The notes under the pieces were generated by a model that saw only the letters and a list, made by a program, of their open reading frames with translations, was not told where the DNA came from and searched no databases. A stretch of 64,000 nucleotides of DNA from Candidatus Uhrbacteria bacterium (GTDB lineage Bacteria > Patescibacteriota > Patescibacteriia > UBA9934 > GWF2-40-263). Made by a program: the position numbers and the translations under genes. Numbering within the stretch: the stretch's first letter is position 1; each line of letters begins with the position of its first letter. The stretch lies in NCBI GenBank assembly GCA_023246355.1, contig JAHFIQ010000001.1:350247-414246 (forward strand), given 5' to 3'. Positions 33,163 to 42,380 of this stretch are shown here, in pieces.

Positions 33163-36100
33163 ATGTTTAAAAAACAAGACGCGCTCAAATCCACTGACTT
33201 CGACTCGATCCGTCTGCGCCTTGCCTCTCCGGAGGTGATTCGCTCTTGGTCGTTTGGTGAGGTGAGCAAACCTGAGACGATTAACTATCGAACGCAAAAG
33301 CCTGAGAAGCAAGGATTGTTTGCTGAGGAAATTTTCGGGCCCTCCAAAGACTGGGAATGCTACTGCGGCAAGTACAAAAAAATTCGCTACAAAGGTATTG
33401 TCTGCGACAAATGTGGAGTGGAAGTCACTCACTCGATTGTTCGCCGTGAGCGCATGGCGCATATCGAGTTGGCCGCCCCTATTACGCACATTTGGTTTTT
33501 GCGCGGTGTGCCATCGAAGATTGGAACCATTCTCGATCTCTCCATCCAAGGACTTGAGAAGGTGATTTACTTTGCGTCCTTTTTGGTGACGGATGTGAAT
33601 GAGGTGGCCAAAGAAGCGACCATTGAACAAGTCAAAACAGAACGCAAGAGCAAACAGAAAATGATTGAAGGTGAGTTTGTCCGCGACACCGGACGCTTGG
33701 TCCAAAAGCACGGCGAAGACAAGAAAGCGATTGAGAAAGAAACCAAACGCCTGGAAGAAATTCGTGATACAAAACTTGCTGAGCTGGAAGAAGACTATGA
33801 AATTGTCATGGAAGATTTGAAGGCCATGAAAGTCATGTCGATTATTCCTGAGCAGACCTATCACGAGTGGTCGCTCAAGTACGGCCATGTGTTTGAGGCC
33901 AACATCGGAGCTGAAGCTGTGAAGGATATGCTCAGGCGCGTGAACGTCGAGGAGACGATGAAAGCGATTGAGGAGGAGCTCAAAACCGCCACCAAAACAA
34001 AACGCAACCGACTGCTCAGACGAGTGAAACTGTTGAAAGCGTTTTCCATTAACGCGATCAAGCCTGAGTGGATGGTCTTGAATGCCCTTCCAGTGATTCC
34101 ACCAGATTTGCGACCGATGGTTCCACTGGATGGTGGCCGTTTTGCCACGTCAGATTTGAACGATCTCTACCGTCGTGTGATCAATCGCAACAACCGTCTG
34201 CGACGCTTGTATGAATTGAATGCGCCAGAGGTCATTTCACGAAACGAAAAGCGCATGTTGCAGGAGGCCGTAGATTCTTTGATTGATAACTCCGCGCGTC
34301 ACAGCAAAACCGTGATCGCGGCGACTGGAAAAAAGCGCCAGCTCAAATCCCTTGCCGACCAGCTGAAAGGAAAACAAGGACGCTTCCGCCAGAACCTGCT
34401 GGGTAAACGCATCGACTACTCAGGACGCTCCGTGATTGTCGTGGGTCCACACTTACATTTGGATCAATGTGGCATTCCAAAAAAGATGGCCCTTGAGTTG
34501 TTCAAGCCGTTTGTGATCTCCAAGTTGATTGAACGCGAGTACGTGCACAATATCCGCTCGGCCAACCGCTTCATTGAAAGTGATCGACCAGAAACCTGGG
34601 ACATCTTGGAAGAGGTCACCAAGGACGCGTTTGTGCTTTTGAACCGCGCACCAACCCTGCACCGCTTGGGAATTCAAGCCTTCCGACCAACGCTGATTGA
34701 AGGCAAGGCGATTCAGATTCATCCTCTGGTGTGTGACGCGTACAACGCAGACTTCGATGGGGACCAGATGGCGGTTCACGTACCACTCACCGAAGAAGCC
34801 CGTGCCGAGGCCAGAGAGCTCATGCTTGCCACCAAGAATCTGCTCAAGCCTTCCTTTGGTGGGCCAGTGGCCACACCTGGAAAAGATATTGCCTGGGGTA
34901 TTTTCTATCTGTCGATGGAACCCACACCCATGCCAGAATCTCAGGAGGGCCTTCCCACCTTTGCCAGTGAAACAGATGCGCTCTACGCCGTGCAAAATGA
35001 AAAATTGTCTTTGCGCGATTGGGTTGTGGTTCGCATGGATGAAGGACATCTCATGATCACCACACCAGGTCGGTTGCTTGTGAACGCACAGTTTCCAAAG
35101 GAAGTGCCGTACATGAACCAGACCATGGGAAAGAAAGAGCTTGCCGGCATTGTGAAGTACTATCTGGAGTTGCATGGCTCGGAAAAGACTGCGGAATTTT
35201 TGGATCGTCTCAAAGAAATTGGATTTAAGTATTCCACGCGTGCTGGGTACTCTTGGGGTATGGGCAACTTGCCAGAGGTTCCAGGCAAGCCTGCTCTCAT
35301 CGAAGAAGGCGACGCGCGCGTGCGTGAGGTGAATGATTATTTTGACCAGGGACTGCTGACGGGTTCTGAACGCCACTCTTCCATTATTAAAGTCTGGAAT
35401 GAAATCAAAGACCGCATTGCCGCTGAAGCCAAGAAGGCTCTGCCAAAAGATAACCCGGCCTACACCATGATTGAATCCGGTGCGCGTGGATCCTGGGGTC
35501 AGATGACGCAGATGGTTGGAATGAAAGGCTTGGTCGCAAACCCAGCAGGAGAAATTATTGAGCTGCCAGTGAAGTCTTCGTTTAAAGAAGGCTATGACGT
35601 GTTGGAGTTCTTTATCTCAAGCCACGGTGTGCGCAAAGGTTTGACCGACACGGCTTTGCGTACGGCAAACGCTGGTTACCTGACACGCCGTTTGGTGGAT
35701 GTGGCACAGGATGTGATTGTGCGTCAGGAAGATTGCGGCGATGACAAGGGTGTGGTGCTCACACACAAAGAGTCTGAAGAAATCGGCGAGCCGCTCATCA
35801 TCCGTATTCTTGGTCGCTATGTGCTCTCGGACGTGAAAAAGCCGGGTGGACGCAAAGTGATTGTGAAAGCCGGGGAGATGATCACCGAGGAAGAAATTCG
35901 TGAAATTGAAGCGGCTGGTGTACCTCTGGAAGAAGCTCATGTGCGTTCGGTGATGACCTGTCGTCTGCGCCGTGGTGTGTGCCAAAAGTGTTATGGCTAT
36001 GATTTGGCGTACAACAAACGGGTGAAGATGGGCACCTCTGTGGGCATCATGGCTGCGCAGTCCATTGGAGAACCTGGAACACAGCTCACGATGCGTACCT

Positions 36101-37188
36101 TCCACACTGGAGGTGTCGCAGGAAAAGATATCACCCAAGGTCTGCCACGCGTGGAAGAATTGTTTGAGGCACGCAATCCAAAACAAAAGGCCATCATGAG
36201 TGAGGTGAGTGGAAAAGCAGAAGTGGACACGGCGGCTCGTGAGGTGGTCCAGGCAGGAACTGGCAAACAAATTTACGACACGCGCCCTGGACAGAAAATC
36301 GTGAAGATCACCTATGAGGGCGTGGATGAAGAAGCAATTGCCTACGGCAAGACCGGGGAGCTCATGGTCAAAGATGGAGACTCTGTGAAGGAAGGCGCGG
36401 TGCTTGCCAAAAAATCCAACGGGAAAGAAGTGGTAGCACCAGGCGCGGGTGTGGTTTCCCTGAAAAAGGTTGGTGTCATCACCCTCATTCGTGAGATGAC
36501 CAAGGTGCGCGAGTACATCATCCCACCGGGCTTTACCCTCTACGTGAAAACCGGCGATGAAGTGCAAGCCGGCGACGCGCTCACCGATGGAAATCTCGAT
36601 CTGCAAGTCCTGTTCAAATTCAAAGGCCAGGACGCGGTGCAGAAATATCTCTCAAAAGAAATTCAGTTCATCTATTCTTCCCAAGGTCAGAAGCTCAACA
36701 ACAAGCACATCGAAATTATCATCCGCCAGATGTTCTCGCGTGTGCGTGTGACGGATCCAGGCGACACAGATTTGTTGCCAGGGGAAATTATCGAGAAGGC
36801 TTCGTTTGAAGACGCCAACGACAAACTCGTGAAAGGAGGAAAGAAGGCGCATGCCAAACAGTTGTTCTTGGGCATCACCAAAATTTCCCTCTCAACCGAT
36901 TCATGGCTTTCAAGCGCGTCCTTCCAAGAGACCGCTCGCGTGCTCATCAATGCGGCTGTGACAGGTAAGGTTGATCGCCTTGAGGGGCTGAAAGAGAATG
37001 TGATCATCGGACGACTCATTCCTGCTGGAACCGGATTTGAAGACATGGAATACGAACTCATTGGAGATTTCAAAGCCGCTCGTATGGCACGTGAAGCCAG
37101 CCGCGAAATCGTCGGCGAGATCGACGAAGCGTTCTCGCAAAACAAAGTCGTGGCTGAGGAAGTGAAGGAGATGGCACAGGAAGGGTAG
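33163..37188 (+). CDS. rpoC: RNA polymerase beta' subunit
   Basis: NADFDGD catalytic motif, Zn-binding Cys, 'EPGTQLTMRTFH'. Confidence 0.99.
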   Translation: MFKKQDALKSTDFDSIRLRLASPEVIRSWSFGEVSKPETINYRTQKPEKQGLFAEEIFGPSKDWECYCGKYKKIRYKGIVCDKCGVEVTHSIVRRERMAHIELAAPITHIWFLRGVPSKIGTILDLSIQGLEKVIYFASFLVTDVNEVAKEATIEQVKTERKSKQKMIEGEFVRDTGRLVQKHGEDKKAIEKETKRLEEIRDTKLAELEEDYEIVMEDLKAMKVMSIIPEQTYHEWSLKYGHVFEANIGAEAVKDMLRRVNVEETMKAIEEELKTATKTKRNRLLRRVKLLKAFSINAIKPEWMVLNALPVIPPDLRPMVPLDGGRFATSDLNDLYRRVINRNNRLRRLYELNAPEVISRNEKRMLQEAVDSLIDNSARHSKTVIAATGKKRQLKSLADQLKGKQGRFRQNLLGKRIDYSGRSVIVVGPHLHLDQCGIPKKMALELFKPFVISKLIEREYVHNIRSANRFIESDRPETWDILEEVTKDAFVLLNRAPTLHRLGIQAFRPTLIEGKAIQIHPLVCDAYNADFDGDQMAVHVPLTEEARAEARELMLATKNLLKPSFGGPVATPGKDIAWGIFYLSMEPTPMPESQEGLPTFASETDALYAVQNEKLSLRDWVVVRMDEGHLMITTPGRLLVNAQFPKEVPYMNQTMGKKELAGIVKYYLELHGSEKTAEFLDRLKEIGFKYSTRAGYSWGMGNLPEVPGKPALIEEGDARVREVNDYFDQGLLTGSERHSSIIKVWNEIKDRIAAEAKKALPKDNPAYTMIESGARGSWGQMTQMVGMKGLVANPAGEIIELPVKSSFKEGYDVLEFFISSHGVRKGLTDTALRTANAGYLTRRLVDVAQDVIVRQEDCGDDKGVVLTHKESEEIGEPLIIRILGRYVLSDVKKPGGRKVIVKAGEMITEEEIREIEAAGVPLEEAHVRSVMTCRLRRGVCQKCYGYDLAYNKRVKMGTSVGIMAAQSIGEPGTQLTMRTFHTGGVAGKDITQGLPRVEELFEARNPKQKAIMSEVSGKAEVDTAAREVVQAGTGKQIYDTRPGQKIVKITYEGVDEEAIAYGKTGELMVKDGDSVKEGAVLAKKSNGKEVVAPGAGVVSLKKVGVITLIREMTKVREYIIPPGFTLYVKTGDEVQAGDALTDGNLDLQVLFKFKGQDAVQKYLSKEIQFIYSSQGQKLNNKHIEIIIRQMFSRVRVTDPGDTDLLPGEIIEKASFEDANDKLVKGGKKAHAKQLFLGITKISLSTDSWLSSASFQETARVLINAAVTGKVDRLEGLKENVIIGRLIPAGTGFEDMEYELIGDFKAARMAREASREIVGEIDEAFSQNKVVAEEVKEMAQEG

Positions 37189-37200
37189 GTCACAGAATAC

Positions 37201-37233
37201 AAAAACGCGCTGTCGAACATGGCAGCGCGTTTT
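37201..37233 (+). terminator. Intrinsic terminator after rpoC
   Basis: aaaacgcgctgtc-gaacat-ggcagcgcgtttt hairpin. Confidence 0.75.
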
Positions 37234-37245
37234 GGTTGAGCAGCC

Positions 37246-37274
37246 TTGACATGAGTGGTTGCTGCGGTTAAGCT
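37246..37274 (+). promoter_or_regulatory. Putative sigma70 promoter of the Ubl operon
   Basis: TTGACA-N17-TAAGCT, followed by AGGAG SD before 37320. Confidence 0.6.
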
Positions 37275-37319
37275 CAGGCCTCGCGTTTTCGGACGCGATG
37301 CTCATTACAGGAGTCAATC

Positions 37320-38456
37320 ATGCCTCCAAAAAAGGCTCAAGTGGACCTGTGGCCAGATGAGCTCAGGTCTGCTCTCTCAGGCATACATGTCGACGACAAT
37401 GGGATTCAACAGAGCTGGGATGCTGTACTTGATCGTCTCCCCACCTTTGAGGAGATCATGCAGGTGACGTTTGCTCCTGAAGGACGCGCCTTGCCGTATG
37501 CTTTTGCATTCATTGCTGAACGTCTGCGGCCCTTTGTTCAGCTCCCCGTGGAGCTGGTCTCACGCAGATCATGGGAGACGGAAGCGCACTCACGCAAGGG
37601 AACGTTTCGTGTCATCTTCAGGTCCAGAGGGGTAGAACTTGCAGCCCCCAGCCAGATCTTCGGAATTGACTGTCAGAAATGTGTCAGCCTTTTGAAGGCT
37701 GCCAGGAAGAGGACAGGTCAAAAAGAGATCCGCGATCCTGACACGGGCTGCACCATCGCAACGCTTGATGCAAGGCACAACACCTTGCAGGTGCATTTCT
37801 GTGAGGTGGCACATCCGACTGAGGATTGGGGTGAGCGCCATCGTGAGATTTTTGCGTCTCTGGTGTGGCGCGTCATTCCCCTCTTACCCGAACCTCTGCT
37901 CACGCCAGAGCTCTGGGTGCAGCAAAACAAGGCATCACGCCGCGAAGCCGTTGAGCGGGTGTACCGTGCCTATCGAGTGCAGGCAAAAACGAGTCAGGAG
38001 GGAGATCTAGATGAACTCACTCGGCTGACCACGTCCTTGGCGGAAGTCGGTGTTGTTTCCAACCTTCAAGCAGAGGTTGCTCAGCTGCAGATCACGGTCC
38101 TTGGACTCACATCGCTTGTGAAGAAGCAGGAAGAAAAAATCAGGTCGGAGCTTGAAGCGCTGTTGAAGCGTTCGGATGTTGCTTCAATTCATCTGTGGGG
38201 ATCAGTGCTCGTGTGTGCTGTGGTGAAACCAGATTCTGCGTGGACGATTGTCGTGAACCGGGCACAGATAGGGGATCCGGTTCGTTGGTACAAGCATGAA
38301 GGGAGTACGCGCCAGGCGTATGCCCCGTCCCAGTACCGAATGCTCATTCCTCTTGTTGAACTGTTGAGCAAGGGGGAGTGGGGCACGGTCATCACAAGCG
38401 CGATTGCCGCAATCAGCACATCCCGCCTTCAACCCATCCACCTGCAAGAGGAGTAG
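37320..38456 (+). CDS. Coiled-coil protein, probable inactive paralog of the E2-like protein at 40256
   Basis: 378 aa, collinear similarity to 40256-41392, lacks the PH...C motif. Confidence 0.55.
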   Translation: MPPKKAQVDLWPDELRSALSGIHVDDNGIQQSWDAVLDRLPTFEEIMQVTFAPEGRALPYAFAFIAERLRPFVQLPVELVSRRSWETEAHSRKGTFRVIFRSRGVELAAPSQIFGIDCQKCVSLLKAARKRTGQKEIRDPDTGCTIATLDARHNTLQVHFCEVAHPTEDWGERHREIFASLVWRVIPLLPEPLLTPELWVQQNKASRREAVERVYRAYRVQAKTSQEGDLDELTRLTTSLAEVGVVSNLQAEVAQLQITVLGLTSLVKKQEEKIRSELEALLKRSDVASIHLWGSVLVCAVVKPDSAWTIVVNRAQIGDPVRWYKHEGSTRQAYAPSQYRMLIPLVELLSKGEWGTVITSAIAAISTSRLQPIHLQEE

Positions 38457-38458
38457 AC

Positions 38459-39193
38459 ATGGTCAAACCCCCCAGAGCACCCATTCCGCTGATGACCAGA
38501 GCTTCGCCATCCACAACAGTGCGCGTGCTCGAACTTCCGCCCACGGTCTACTTCGCCAATCGTGCGATGGAAGACATGCGCATTCTCGTAGCCCTTTGCC
38601 CCGAGGAAGTGGGATGGTTGGGAACGGCCAGAAGGGTCGGCCGAACGTTCTACGTGGATGAGATCTTCTTGCCCAAGCAGCATGCAGGTCCTGCGCATAC
38701 CACCATCACCACCGAGGGACTGAGTCAGCTCATGGATGAGCTCACCCGTGCAGGCCGCGCCAAGCTTTTGGACCGTATGTTTTTCTGGGGTCACTCCCAT
38801 GCCAACATGCCGGCCGATTTCTCGGGCCAAGACGACCTGCAGATGGCCAAGCTCTCGAGGCATTCCCCCTGGTTCATCCGGGCGGTCTTGAACAAGTACG
38901 GAGACATGAAGGTGGATGTGTTCATGCGCGAAGAGGGCATGGCCTACTTGAACGTGCCATGGGTGGTTCACGCCCCTGTTCCCAAACAGCGCCTTGCCTT
39001 TTGGCAGGAGCGTCTGGCTCTGCAAATGCAAAGCCCTCCCAGGCGCAAGCACGGCCAAAAAGGTCTTCCTGCGCACATGGTTGGCAGAGGTGAAGCCGAA
39101 CTGGATTCCCAAGAAGTGTCAGAGGGTCTCGATCCTCCAGATGAAGCGCAGTGGGAAGCTGCGCTCGAACGTCTGGGAAGGGGGGAACCATGA
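38459..39193 (+). CDS. JAB/JAMM (MPN+) metallopeptidase
   Basis: 'EVGWLG' and exact H-x-H-x7-S-x2-D motif (HSHANMPADFSGQD); GAGGAG SD. Confidence 0.88.
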   Translation: MVKPPRAPIPLMTRASPSTTVRVLELPPTVYFANRAMEDMRILVALCPEEVGWLGTARRVGRTFYVDEIFLPKQHAGPAHTTITTEGLSQLMDELTRAGRAKLLDRMFFWGHSHANMPADFSGQDDLQMAKLSRHSPWFIRAVLNKYGDMKVDVFMREEGMAYLNVPWVVHAPVPKQRLAFWQERLALQMQSPPRRKHGQKGLPAHMVGRGEAELDSQEVSEGLDPPDEAQWEAALERLGRGEP

Positions 39194-39885
39194 TCAGCAT
39201 TGCTCGTCATCACACCGTGTTTGATCCCAGGACCTTTGAGGAGAATCGGGTTGACGTGATTGGTGCCGGTGCGCTAGGATCCCGGCTGACCTTGGAACTT
39301 GCCAGGCTCGGGATTCAGGAAATTCATGTCTGGGACTTCGACAAAGTTTCGGACGTGAATCTTGCCAACCAGGCCTATGCCAGGAAGGATGTGGGCATGC
39401 CAAAGGTTCAGGCTCTCGCTCGTTTGGTGCTGGAGCACACCGGTGGTCATGTTGTTGCCCATGAAGAGGCTTGCACGGGAGAATCAGAATTGGGAGAGGT
39501 CGTCTTTCTCATGACTGATTCCCTTGTCTCGCGCCGTGAGGTCTTTGCGGGAGCTCTCAGGTTCAACCTCGTAACCCGGCGCCTCATCGAGGCGCGTCTG
39601 GGAATCGATCAGGGTCGGGTGTATTCACTCGATCCCAACCAGAGTGCCGATGTTGACGCCTACGCGCCGACCTTGAACGGCATCGCCAAGTTGGCGGTCA
39701 ATCCGTGTGGCTCTCCGATTTCCATCGGCGCCACAGCCGGCATGGCCGTCGCTCTTGCTACCTGGATGTTCATCCGATGGTGGGGAAAGGAACAAGATCA
39801 GACATCGACAGATGAACTGGAGAACGAAGTGGTTTTCGCCCTGCACCCTGTGATGGTCATGGGGAGCAGTTTCAACCAAACGTGA
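39190..39885 (+). CDS. ThiF/E1-like adenylyltransferase
   Basis: VIGAGALGS, 'DFDKVSDVNLANQ', 'GMPKV', 'TDS', candidate catalytic Cys in 'NPCG'; ATGA overlap with the JAB stop. Confidence 0.92.
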   Translation: MISIARHHTVFDPRTFEENRVDVIGAGALGSRLTLELARLGIQEIHVWDFDKVSDVNLANQAYARKDVGMPKVQALARLVLEHTGGHVVAHEEACTGESELGEVVFLMTDSLVSRREVFAGALRFNLVTRRLIEARLGIDQGRVYSLDPNQSADVDAYAPTLNGIAKLAVNPCGSPISIGATAGMAVALATWMFIRWWGKEQDQTSTDELENEVVFALHPVMVMGSSFNQT

Positions 39886-39915
39886 GTGGGCGATCACACA
39901 AAGACAGGAGTGGTC

Positions 39916-40185
39916 ATGGCAGGCAAGGATAAGGCGGGAGCGAAGAAGGCAGAAGCGAAGAAGGCGGAAGGCGGCAAGATCAGCCTCCAGGTGTTCCCTG
40001 GCAGGCGTGTGCAAGTGGACATCGAAGAGGGCGTCCCCTTCACCCTGGCCAAGCTGCTGGAACAGGAGGGCTTGGATGCGGCGCAGACGACCGTCAAGGT
40101 CAACGGTGAGGATGTCGCCGATCTCGAGCGTGTGCTCGTAAGCGGCGACAGCGTCGTTCTTCTCGAGAACGTCGAGGGCGGCTAG
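39916..40185 (+). CDS. Ubiquitin-like (beta-grasp) protein with C-terminal Gly-Gly
   Basis: 'TLAKLL...VKVNGE...LVSGDSVVLLENVEGG*'; AGGAG SD. Confidence 0.9.
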   Translation: MAGKDKAGAKKAEAKKAEGGKISLQVFPGRRVQVDIEEGVPFTLAKLLEQEGLDAAQTTVKVNGEDVADLERVLVSGDSVVLLENVEGG

Positions 40186-40198
40186 GTCGCAGGGAACG

Positions 40199-40243
40199 AA
40201 AAACGGCGGGGCGCTTGTGGACGATCCGCGAGCCCCCGTTTTT
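40199..40243 (+). terminator. Hairpin plus T tract between the Ubl and E2-like genes
   Basis: gggg-cgcttgtgga-cga-tccgcgagc-ccccg-ttttt. Confidence 0.55.
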
Positions 40244-40255
40244 ACTTGAGGGAGG

Positions 40256-41392
40256 GTGATGGTCATGAAAATCACGTTTGTCGGAAAGACACGATGGGAA
40301 CGGGCAAGGGAGGAACTCACCTCTAACATCCGGGAACACTTGTTTCCGGTCGTCCATAAGGACGTGGTCGTACATTTCCCCATGGAGGAATCAGAGCCTC
40401 ACGGCATTGAGCCCATGGATGGATTGCTCGAGGCGTCAGGGGCATTTCACTTGTTTCTCTTCGGGAGGTTTCTTCCCGGGTCTCACATTCTGAGCTCTCA
40501 AAGGTGGGGTTCCTACCGTACTGTGCTTGACGGAACACCCGTTGGATTTCCCATCTTCGTGCATGGAAGCCAGACGCCGATCGCTGAGTGGATAGGGAAT
40601 GTTGTCTGCTTGCGACTTCGAATGCAATACAGTGACGACTCACCCTATTCCCTCTGGGGCGAATTCGTTCGCTCTACCGCACAGACTCTGAGGAGTGCAC
40701 AGGGAGCAGATCCATCGCCTGTGGAGGGAGTAGGTTCAATCGCTCAGGCGTTGATGCCTTCTTCTTGGGCAGAGGAATGCAAGAAATGGCAGGCTCAATT
40801 TGACAACAGAGAAGGGAGAAGGGCTGACGCACTTAAACTCTTCCATCGTGCGACCGAAGAGGCCGCGCGTTTCGCTGCTCGAGTGCGTGAACAAACGGAA
40901 CAGGCGTTCGATACAAGTGAGTTCCAGGCCGAACTCGATCGTCTACGGGCGCATCCACTTTTTGATGACGCGTACTTTGTCCGAAACGGAGATCCTTCCG
41001 ACACAGACATTAAGTCTCCCGCGTTTGTGGTGAGGACCAAGGCCGTCGTCGTGAAGGTCAAAGCGCTCAACAGCGACGCCATGGAAGAGCGCCTGATCGG
41101 ACGATTCGAGATTTCCATTCCTCTTGATCCAAACCATGATTGGGGGGACTGCGTGCATTTTTACAACCTCGATCGATTGGTCGCCAATCAGCATGGTCCG
41201 CACATTGATGCAGATGGCTGTCCCTGCTTTGGCACAGGAACGTCGACCGTCGATAGGCTCTATGGGGAGGGACGCATCGCAGAGCTCGTCAAGTTCTGTC
41301 TTCACTACCTCACGCGAGTCAACACGGACGATCAGTGGGGGGAGAATATCCACAAGTGGCCCTTGGTTCAGGAAGCTCATCCTTCAAGCTAA
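40256..41392 (+). CDS. Coiled-coil protein with C-terminal prokaryotic E2-like (UBC-fold) domain
   Basis: 'HGPHIDADGCPCFG' resembles E2 HPN/HPH...G.xCL; followed by 'CLHYLTRVNTDDQWG'; operon context. Confidence 0.75.
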   Translation: MMVMKITFVGKTRWERAREELTSNIREHLFPVVHKDVVVHFPMEESEPHGIEPMDGLLEASGAFHLFLFGRFLPGSHILSSQRWGSYRTVLDGTPVGFPIFVHGSQTPIAEWIGNVVCLRLRMQYSDDSPYSLWGEFVRSTAQTLRSAQGADPSPVEGVGSIAQALMPSSWAEECKKWQAQFDNREGRRADALKLFHRATEEAARFAARVREQTEQAFDTSEFQAELDRLRAHPLFDDAYFVRNGDPSDTDIKSPAFVVRTKAVVVKVKALNSDAMEERLIGRFEISIPLDPNHDWGDCVHFYNLDRLVANQHGPHIDADGCPCFGTGTSTVDRLYGEGRIAELVKFCLHYLTRVNTDDQWGENIHKWPLVQEAHPSS

Positions 41393-41455
41393 CGCACACG
41401 GTCCCAGCGGCCGTGTTTTCTTTTTGGGGTCATTCCATTAAAATAGGGAACAATT

Positions 41456-41938
41456 ATGCACGAAGCTCGCATTATCATGGGATTGGATCCAGGCTATGGA
41501 CGCATGGGGTTTGGGGTCATTGTCGTTGAAGGATCAAACATGGAACTGGTCGACTACGGCGTGATCACCACAACCAGTGGCGATGCGTTTGAAAATCGAT
41601 TGCTCCATATCGGCAATGACCTTCATGATTTATTTGCGCACCACGAGCCTCACGCGGTTGCAATTGAAAAACTTTTTTTTGGAAAAAGTTCTACGACCGC
41701 GATGAACGTGGCCCATGCCCGCGGTGTGGCCCTTCTCATGGCAGCACAATCTGGATGTCCGGTGTTTGAGTTCACACCAGCGCAAGTAAAAAAAGCCATT
41801 ACCGGAGACGGCAAGGCTCCCAAGATGGCCATGCAAAAAATGGTGATGCAACTGCTTGCTCTTCCCAAAATTCCCAAACCCGACGATGCCGCCGACGCGC
41901 TGGCGGTCGCGATCACAGCGAGTACGAAGAGGTGGTAA
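41456..41938 (+). CDS. ruvC: Holliday junction resolvase RuvC
   Basis: 'GLDPGYGRMGFG', 'AIEKLFF', 'PDDAADALAVA'. Confidence 0.96.
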   Translation: MHEARIIMGLDPGYGRMGFGVIVVEGSNMELVDYGVITTTSGDAFENRLLHIGNDLHDLFAHHEPHAVAIEKLFFGKSSTTAMNVAHARGVALLMAAQSGCPVFEFTPAQVKKAITGDGKAPKMAMQKMVMQLLALPKIPKPDDAADALAVAITASTKRW

Positions 41939-41982
41939 AAGAACGATTGCTTTTTTTCTTCGCTGCGTTATAGTGTAGGTGT

Positions 41983-42330
41983 ATGGAAAAAAATGAGAAA
42001 GAAGTCACTACGAGTGAAATCATGGAGTATCTTCAGGGAGACCTGATGGGTTTTTTGCAGGAGCACATGGTGACTCAGGAAGAATTCAAGGCCCTCGATA
42101 ACAAACTTGATGGTTTGAGTGTTAAATTGAATCAAACGAAGTTTGAGTTGCTCGATGCTATGGACGAAAAGATAGCAACTTTGAAAGGTGATTTAGTTGT
42201 CCTTATGCGTGGTGAAGATAAGAAACTGTCTGTATTGGTGGAAGTGCTGGCGGCGAAAAATGTCTTAAGTCGCGACGAGGCTCAGTCGATTCTTGCCATG
42301 CAACCTTTTCCACAAATGACGCGTTCATAA
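41983..42330 (+). CDS. Small coiled-coil hypothetical protein
   Basis: 115-aa ORF, heptad pattern, ends at a bidirectional terminator. Confidence 0.65.
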   Translation: MEKNEKEVTTSEIMEYLQGDLMGFLQEHMVTQEEFKALDNKLDGLSVKLNQTKFELLDAMDEKIATLKGDLVVLMRGEDKKLSVLVEVLAAKNVLSRDEAQSILAMQPFPQMTRS

Positions 42331-42345
42331 AATATCCAAATGCAC

Positions 42346-42380
42346 AAAAAAAAATCACCCCGAAGTGGGGTGATTTTTTT
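42346..42380. terminator. Bidirectional intrinsic terminator
   Basis: A-tract-tcacccc-gaagt-ggggtga-T-tract between convergent genes. Confidence 0.75.

Noticed and set aside
39190-40185. ThiF + ThiS as a thiamine or molybdopterin sulfur relay
   Set aside because: No thiG, moaE or desulfurase nearby; the JAB and E2-like partners fit protein conjugation better
37320-41392. CBASS type II
   Set aside because: No CD-NTase or effector, E1 and E2 are separate genes, and a free Ubl is present
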